DNA of 64,000 nucleotides from Escherichia coli (GTDB lineage Bacteria; Pseudomonadota; Gammaproteobacteria; Enterobacterales; Enterobacteriaceae): NCBI RefSeq assembly GCF_003790525.1, contig NZ_CP033635.1; one strand, 5' to 3'. Shown piece by piece: positions 58,332 to 64,000 of this stretch (position 1 is its first letter; each line of letters starts with the position of its first letter). The notes under the pieces were generated by a model. It saw only the letters and a program-made list of their open reading frames with translations, ran no database searches and was not told where the DNA came from. The position numbers and the translations under genes were made by a program.

Positions 58332-59330
58332 ATGCGCAATCACAGAATTTCTTTACAGGATATCGCTACGCTGGCTGGCGTAACAAAAATGACCGTGAGT
58401 CGTTATATCCGCTCGCCGAAAAAGGTGGCAAAGGAAACAGGCGAGCGCATCGCCAAAATTATGGAAGAGATCAATTATATCCCTAATCGCGCTCCCGGCA
58501 TGTTGTTGAATGCACAAAGTTATACCCTCGGTATCTTGATTCCGTCATTTCAAAATCAACTCTTCGCTGACATTCTCGCGGGAATAGAATCCGTCACCTC
58601 TGTGCATAATTATCAGACCCTTATTGCTAATTACAATTACGATCGCGATTCCGAAGAAGAGTCGGTGATTAACCTGCTCTCTTATAACATTGACGGGATT
58701 ATTCTTTCGGAAAAATATCACACCATCAGGACGGTGAAATTTCTGCGTTCAGCCACCATTCCGGTCGTGGAATTGATGGATGTACAGGGAGAACGGCTGG
58801 ATATGGAGGTCGGTTTTGATAATCGGCAGGCTGCTTTTGACATGGTGTGTACCATGCTGGATAAGCGAGTCAGGCGCAAAATTCTGTATCTCGGTTCCAA
58901 AGATGACACCCGCGATGAACAGCGTTATCAGGGGTATTGCGATGCGATGATGCTGCATAATCTTTCCCCATTACGCATGAATCCACGCGCCATCTCATCC
59001 ATTCATTTAGGAATGCAGTTAATGCGTGATGCCCTTAGCGCAAACCCGGATTTAGACGGTGTATTTTGCACCAATGACGATATTGCGATGGGTGCGCTTC
59101 TGCTGTGCCGCGAGCGAAACCTCGCCGTGCCAGAACAAATTTCCATTGCGGGTTTTCATGGGCTGGAGATTGGCAGGCAAATGATCCCAAGCCTCGCCAG
59201 CGTAATTACTCCCCGTTTTGATATTGGTCGGATGGCCGCCCAAATGTTGCTGAGCAAAATTAAGAATAACGATCACAACCACAACACTGTTGACCTCGGG
59301 TATCAGATTTATCACGGTAACACGCTTTAG
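58332..59330 (+). CDS. idnR: LacI-family transcriptional regulator IdnR
   Basis: [26 protein letters not shown]... (HTH) with a periplasmic-binding-like core. Internal start preferred over the track start at 58302. Confidence 0.85.
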   Translation: MRNHRISLQDIATLAGVTKMTVSRYIRSPKKVAKETGERIAKIMEEINYIPNRAPGMLLNAQSYTLGILIPSFQNQLFADILAGIESVTSVHNYQTLIANYNYDRDSEEESVINLLSYNIDGIILSEKYHTIRTVKFLRSATIPVVELMDVQGERLDMEVGFDNRQAAFDMVCTMLDKRVRRKILYLGSKDDTRDEQRYQGYCDAMMLHNLSPLRMNPRAISSIHLGMQLMRDALSANPDLDGVFCTNDDIAMGALLLCRERNLAVPEQISIAGFHGLEIGRQMIPSLASVITPRFDIGRMAAQMLLSKIKNNDHNHNTVDLGYQIYHGNTL

Positions 59331-59407
59331 GTTATTTTCTCTTCATTACACATATTCTCTTTGCCGGACGTTGCCTATACTCCAGGCAGGAAACTGGAGG
59401 AAATCTC

Positions 59408-60910
59408 ATGAGCGAACCCCTGTTAATTGCCCGCACGCCGGACACAGAACTGTTTTTACTGCCGGGAATGGCTAACCGTCACGGGCTGATTACTGGCGCA
59501 ACGGGGACGGGTAAAACTGTCACGTTGCAAAAACTGGCAGAGTCATTGTCGGAAATCGGTGTTCCGGTGTTTATGGCCGATGTGAAAGGCGATCTGACCG
59601 GCGTCGAGCAGGCAGGAACGGCGTCGGAAAAACTGCTCGCAAGGCTTAAAAATATCGGCGTCAATGACTGGCAACCGCATGCCAATCCGGTGGTGGTGTG
59701 GGATATCTTTGGCGAGAAAGGCCATCCGGTGCGGGCGACGGTTTCGGATCTGGGGCCGCTGTTGCTGGCACGACTGTTGAATCTCAACGATGTGCAATCT
59801 GGCGTGCTGAATATCATTTTCCGCATTGCTGACGATCAGGGATTGTTGCTGCTCGACTTTAAAGATCTGCGGGCAATTACCCAGTACATCGGCGATAACG
59901 CCAAATCCTTCCAGAATCAGTACGGAAATATCAGTAGCGCATCGGTTGGTGCCATCCAGCGCGGATTACTGTCGCTGGAACAGCAAGGCGCAGCACACTT
60001 CTTTGGTGAGCCGATGCTGGATATCAAAGACTGGATGCGCACCGATGCCAACGGTAAAGGCGTTATCAATATCCTCAGCGCCGAGAAACTTTATCAGATG
60101 CCGAAACTGTACGCCGCCAGCCTGCTGTGGATGCTTTCAGAATTGTATGAACAATTGCCTGAAGCGGGCGATCTGGAGAAACCAAAACTGGTGTTTTTCT
60201 TCGACGAGGCACATCTGCTGTTTAACGATGCACCGCAGGTACTGCTGGATAAGATTGAGCAGGTGATAAGGCTTATTCGCTCAAAAGGCGTGGGCGTCTG
60301 GTTCGTTTCGCAAAACCCGTCTGATATTCCGGATAATGTGCTCGGGCAGCTAGGTAATCGCGTTCAGCACGCTTTGCGGGCTTTTACGCCAAAAGATCAG
60401 AAAGCAGTGAAGGCAGCGGCGCAAACCATGCGGGCCAATCCGGCATTTGATACCGAAAAGGCAATCCAGGAACTGGGGACCGGCGAGGCGTTAATCTCGT
60501 TTCTCGATGCAAAAGGAAGTCCTTCTGTGGTGGAACGGGCGATGGTGATCGCACCTTGTTCGCGAATGGGGCCGGTGACGGAAGATGAGCGTAATGGCCT
60601 GATTAATCACTCTCCGGTGTATGGCAAATATGAAGATGAGGTGGACCGCGAGTCCGCCTATGAGATGCTGCAAAAAGGCTTTCAGGCCAGTACCGAGCAG
60701 CAAAATAATCCCCCCGTGAAAGGTAAAGAGGTGGCGGTGGATGACGGTATTCTTGGTGGATTGAAGGATATTTTGTTTGGCACTACCGGACCACGCGGCG
60801 GGAAGAAAGATGGTGTGGTGCAAACAATGGCGAAAAGCGCCGCTCGCCAGGTGACGAATCAGATTGTACGCGGGATGTTGGGGAGTTTGCTGGGGGGGAG
60901 AAAAAGGTAA
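59408..60910 (+). CDS. yjgR: YjgR, DUF853-family P-loop NTPase
   Basis: 500 aa ORF with Walker A GATGTGKT and Walker [12 protein letters not shown]. Confidence 0.85.
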   Translation: MSEPLLIARTPDTELFLLPGMANRHGLITGATGTGKTVTLQKLAESLSEIGVPVFMADVKGDLTGVEQAGTASEKLLARLKNIGVNDWQPHANPVVVWDIFGEKGHPVRATVSDLGPLLLARLLNLNDVQSGVLNIIFRIADDQGLLLLDFKDLRAITQYIGDNAKSFQNQYGNISSASVGAIQRGLLSLEQQGAAHFFGEPMLDIKDWMRTDANGKGVINILSAEKLYQMPKLYAASLLWMLSELYEQLPEAGDLEKPKLVFFFDEAHLLFNDAPQVLLDKIEQVIRLIRSKGVGVWFVSQNPSDIPDNVLGQLGNRVQHALRAFTPKDQKAVKAAAQTMRANPAFDTEKAIQELGTGEALISFLDAKGSPSVVERAMVIAPCSRMGPVTEDERNGLINHSPVYGKYEDEVDRESAYEMLQKGFQASTEQQNNPPVKGKEVAVDDGILGGLKDILFGTTGPRGGKKDGVVQTMAKSAARQVTNQIVRGMLGSLLGGRKR

Positions 60911-60930
60911 GTCAGACGTGATCTGTGCCC

Positions 60931-60974
60931 CTCACCCTAACCCTCTCCCCAGAGGGGAATAGTGAGATTTTTTC
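60931..60974 (+). terminator. Candidate intrinsic terminator after yjgR
   Basis: Nested inverted repeats CTCACCCTAACCCTCTCCCC-AGA-GGGGAATAGTGAG followed by ATTTTTTC. Confidence 0.4.
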
Positions 60975-61164
60975 ATTTGGTTGATTTGATTGATCTATAT
61001 CCGTTTTCTTTGAAAATATAGCCCCCAATGTAGCCCCCATCGTATTGTTGCTGTACATGGAGGTAGATTGAACTCAGTTGAGGCATTATCTGTAATGACT
61101 CAGCGAATGCAGTATACCTGTCGGCCTTGTTCAGGACGAGACACAATACCCGTGATGTGTAAGT

Positions 61165-62013
61165 TTATACAGAAGAGCGAAATTTTACCGAATAATGTTT
61201 CGCCAGAACAGCATTCAGCTTCTCCACCAGTTCCGGGTGTTTAAACGTGATATGCGCAGAGCCCTTCCTGAAGTATCTGATGCTGAACATCTCATCTTCA
61301 TAGTACGCTTCACACTGAACGGACCGGATGTGCTCATCCAGACGAATGAGGATATTGTCCCTGTAATCGGGTATGGGTTTACCGCTGAACAGATACAGTA
61401 TCCTTTCCAGGTCGGCAAGCCGCCCTGCCTGCGGACCATGGTTCAGACCAAATCCCCACCAGTCCCATTTCACCAGGTTGTTGAGGATAATCTTGCTGCC
61501 GAATTTACAGGGTGACCTGTTGTTGTGCATCCGGCTCAGTCCTCTGAAGAGGTTGATGACGCCCCGTTCAGCCATTTCACCCCGGTTACGGTGCAGTTGT
61601 TCAGACGTGCTCAGGATATTGGCCTCGCTGATTTCCGGGAAATTATCCTCCTCCAGTGACCGGCACCATTCATCACGCGCCTGTGCATCCATCAGACTCA
61701 GCATTCCGGAGCGTTGCATCAGGTCACGCCAGATTTCGCGGTCGAGGTTGCGGGTGATGGCTTTCATTGCGGTTTCCGGTTTTTCCATCAGCCAGCAGCC
61801 ACAGCGAAAATCCTGTTTCACGGCCCAGTCCCGGGCCGTTTTACCTCCGATGCTTTCTGTCATTACTGAGATTTCTGCCAGTTGCCGGATAAGCCTTTCG
61901 GTTTGTTGCAGTGCTTCATTCCGTACCGTCACAACGTGCCGGATACTGGTTGAGCAGATAACGTCCGTATGTCCGTTAAGCGTTTCCGGACGGGAGACTG
62001 TGATATCAGACAT
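61165..62013 (-). CDS. Hypothetical protein of a CP4-44-like island (DUF4942-like)
   Basis: 282 aa ORF downstream of a yeeW-like gene on the same strand. Family assignment is by recollection of island gene content only. Confidence 0.35.
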   Translation of the reverse strand: MSDITVSRPETLNGHTDVICSTSIRHVVTVRNEALQQTERLIRQLAEISVMTESIGGKTARDWAVKQDFRCGCWLMEKPETAMKAITRNLDREIWRDLMQRSGMLSLMDAQARDEWCRSLEEDNFPEISEANILSTSEQLHRNRGEMAERGVINLFRGLSRMHNNRSPCKFGSKIILNNLVKWDWWGFGLNHGPQAGRLADLERILYLFSGKPIPDYRDNILIRLDEHIRSVQCEAYYEDEMFSIRYFRKGSAHITFKHPELVEKLNAVLAKHYSVKFRSSV

Positions 62014-62109
62014 AACCGATATTCCTTTTTGCAGATAAATGAAAACGCCAGCCGTATTCGGACTGGCGTCAGTGGAATGAATCGTGGTGAGTGAGATGAT
62101 GAGTGAGAC

Positions 62110-62814
62110 TCACAGGTTCTGGTGCTGAAGCTGCAGCTGGCGCAGGGTGCGGATATCCTCCCTGGCCTGTTCGATACAGGGCAACAGTGCTGCCGAATCC
62201 GTTTTATCCTCATCGTTGTCGAAGATAATGCAGGAGCCGCAGTCGATATTGTCCTGCAGCCACGCAATCAGAATATCCGGTGCTGTTTCTGTGGTTAATG
62301 ATTTCATACGGTGTCTTTTGTCCCGGTTACCAGTCGAAAGTGGGTAAACCCGGCAGACATTCAGCGCCGGCATCCAGATGAATGAGACTGACGCCATAAC
62401 GCCGGATGAGAGTGACAACCAGACGACGAAACGTTTTTGACAGACCCAGGCGTTTAAGCCGCAGAGCCGGGTACGACCACGCATCAGTACGTAACAGATA
62501 TCCGCTGCCTGTAAAATGAATCCATTCTGATTCGCGTTGTCATTCGTCTGATGCGACAGCGAGTACAGCCAGGCATTGTCCTGCTCCGTGATATGTGCGG
62601 TACTGCAGCGTATGCCGGTAAGGGCCGCAAATGGTGGCATGCAGTCTGCTGAGGTCCGGTCAGATTCATCAGCAACACGAAGGGAACAGCCATTATCGCA
62701 GACCACGTTAATCAGTTCAGCGAGATTAACACCATCGACGTCAGCGACAATGCGCCCCATGTTCAGTGCCTGTACGTTAACGCTGTCGGCTTCCAGTGTC
62801 AGGGACAGTTTCAT
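62110..62814 (-). CDS. yeeW: YeeW-like protein (C-terminal 65 aa match YeeW; N-terminal extension uncertain)
   Basis: C-terminal segment MKSLTTETAPDILIAWLQDNIDCGSCIIFDNDEDKTDSAALLPCIEQAREDIRTLRQLQLQHQNL resembles K-12 YeeW; a start at 62307 would give a 65 aa product. The upstream 169 codons are in frame but unverified. Confidence 0.4.
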   Translation of the reverse strand: MKLSLTLEADSVNVQALNMGRIVADVDGVNLAELINVVCDNGCSLRVADESDRTSADCMPPFAALTGIRCSTAHITEQDNAWLYSLSHQTNDNANQNGFILQAADICYVLMRGRTRLCGLNAWVCQKRFVVWLSLSSGVMASVSFIWMPALNVCRVYPLSTGNRDKRHRMKSLTTETAPDILIAWLQDNIDCGSCIIFDNDEDKTDSAALLPCIEQAREDIRTLRQLQLQHQNL

Positions 62815-63188
62815 GGTTTCACCTCACAGTGTTTACCCAGGGTGATGTTGTTCACCATTCTGTAGTGGCTGCGGGTCATCAGGCCGGTCGCCCGGCGGGC
62901 CCGGAGAATATCAATGCTGCTGATTAACTGCGATGAAGCTCCTGCGCTGAATCCCGGCTGGTCGGTACGCACCAGCGCGTATTTTTCCACAAGAAAGTTC
63001 ACCGCATCACACAGTGAAATTCCTGCCTCAATATGCTGCTCAATCACACGTTCATCGGCAAACGGCGTGTCATTCAGCGTGAGGCCGTAATGCTGGTCCA
63101 GCAGTCTGGTAAGCAGTGTCTGCCAGATTTCAACCGGAGACGGGCGTGAACCGGCCGCCTGCCCGGGTAATACAGGTAATGTTTTCAT
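62811..63188 (-). CDS. cbtA: CbtA/YeeV-family type IV toxin
   Basis: MKTLPVLPGQAAGSRPSPVEIWQTLLTRLLDQHYGLTLNDTPFADERVIEQHIEAGISLCDAVNFLVEKYALVRTDQPGF..., from an internal ATG. The track ORF is 5'-overextended to 63329. Confidence 0.7.
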   Translation of the reverse strand: MKTLPVLPGQAAGSRPSPVEIWQTLLTRLLDQHYGLTLNDTPFADERVIEQHIEAGISLCDAVNFLVEKYALVRTDQPGFSAGASSQLISSIDILRARRATGLMTRSHYRMVNNITLGKHCEVKP

Positions 63189-63277
63189 ACTGAAGATTTT
63201 CCTGATATGCAGAGATGAGAAATGGGAAAGTGGCGTGGTGAAAACACCAGGCCGTAGCAGAAGGCTATTCTGGAGAG

Positions 63278-63646
63278 TTAATTTTTCATTTTGGGCGTCG
63301 GATAAACAGCCAGATAAACGTAACCACAACTGCTGAGGGTATCGGCTTTGCAGGTCAGCCCTTTTGCATACAGTGTCACGGTATGCTGATGGCGGGGATT
63401 CAGTTCACCGCTGGTGAGCATGAGCTCCAGTTGTTTCATCAGCAGCGGAAAGGCCTGGTCCAGATGGTACGCATCCGCGTCGCTGAACCGGCCTCTGATA
63501 CCGGCGCGGTCGGCAAGGTAATGCAACCGGTTACCCTCCTGCACCAGACGTGCCCCAAAACAGGGCGTCACGGTGCAGGGTAGCCCCCACCAGGGGCGGT
63601 CGTTGTTATCGTCGGGATGCGTTGTCCCGGGGAGTGTGTCTGACAC
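63278..63646 (-). CDS. cbeA: CbeA/YeeU-family type IV antitoxin
   Basis: 122 aa, MSDTLPGTTHPDDNNDRPWWGLPCTVTPCFGARLVQEGNRLHYLADRAGIRG..., immediately upstream of the toxin. Confidence 0.75.
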   Translation of the reverse strand: MSDTLPGTTHPDDNNDRPWWGLPCTVTPCFGARLVQEGNRLHYLADRAGIRGRFSDADAYHLDQAFPLLMKQLELMLTSGELNPRHQHTVTLYAKGLTCKADTLSSCGYVYLAVYPTPKMKN

Positions 63647-63725
63647 GATAAAATCCTCACAGAAAATTGGTTAAGAATGGTCCGGTGGTGGCGATAATTC
63701 TGCTCTTCTGAATGCCCTTCCAGAC

Positions 63726-63947
63726 TCAGTTCAGGGTGACGCTCATCAGCCGGACATACGGACCAAAACTGTCCTTACGGCGTTCTGCAAATACAGCCAG
63801 CACACCGGGAATATCCTGTACTTCACGGCCGGTATATGTATCCGTGCTACCGTGCCAGCGGTATTTACCGGTACAGAACGGAAAAAGACGGGATGCAGGA
63901 TGCTGACGGTGAATATGCATGGCTTCACCACGGGTGATGATTTTCAT
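63726..63947 (-). CDS. yeeT: YeeT-like DUF987 protein
   Basis: 73 aa, MKIITRGEAMHIHRQHPASRLFPFCTGKYRWHGSTDTYTGREVQDIPGVLAVFAERRKDSFGPYVRLMSVTLN. Confidence 0.6.
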   Translation of the reverse strand: MKIITRGEAMHIHRQHPASRLFPFCTGKYRWHGSTDTYTGREVQDIPGVLAVFAERRKDSFGPYVRLMSVTLN

Positions 63948-64000
63948 GAGAATAGTCCTCCTGAATGTGAAAGTAAGAAACAGCTGAGAAAGAGAAACTG

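Noticed and set aside
53421-58339. Minus-strand ORFs inside ahr, idnD, idnO and idnT (for example 53421-54035, 56186-56653, 57578-58339)
   Set aside because: Antisense to recognisable core genes.
62308-62814. Possibility that the 169 codons upstream of the YeeW-like segment form a separate gene
   Set aside because: They are in frame and uninterrupted with the YeeW-like C-terminus, so I kept a single call at low confidence rather than inventing a second gene.
63189-63329. 5' extension of the cbtA-like ORF to 63329
   Set aside because: The extension overlaps the cbeA 3' end and lacks similarity to the toxin; the internal ATG at 63188 gives the canonical N-terminus MKTLPVLPGQ.

Overview
The window looks like an Escherichia coli-type chromosome, in reverse orientation relative to the K-12 map, carrying a large tRNA-Leu (leuX)-anchored accessory region packed with anti-phage and anti-plasmid defence systems. 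All family assignments are from reading the translations by eye, with no database search run. From left to right: (i) 1-12563, a minus-strand operon of SNF2 helicase, PglX-like N6-adenine methyltransferase and a >1590 aa DEAD-box helicase with a Cys-rich C-terminal region (DISARM class 1-like; 3' end runs off the window); (ii) 12787-22460, a Druantia type III-like pair (DruH-like plus 2107 aa DruE-like helicase); (iii) 22672-26145, Zorya type II-like zorA-zorB-zorE; (iv) a frameshifted, truncated nanM remnant, two divergent HNH nuclease genes and an orphan PD-(D/E)xK-like gene; (v) 29859-39054, a Wadjet-like jetABCD operon whose jetC is split by an IS256-family element with an 8-bp target duplication, flanked by a divergent candidate WYL-type regulator; (vi) a decayed P4-type integrase, an IS3-family remnant and a degenerate copy of the leuX 3' end marking a tandem-island junction; (vii) 41623-53063, a near-complete P4-like satellite prophage (crr iterons, alpha, epsilon, vis, sid, delta, psu, int) integrated at leuX, carrying in its psu-int hotspot an AT-rich 710 aa P-loop NTPase that is the best candidate here for an undescribed defence gene; (viii) core genes ahr, idnK, idnDOTR and yjgR, followed by a CP4-44-like cbtA/cbeA toxin-antitoxin module. 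No rRNA or CRISPR array was seen.
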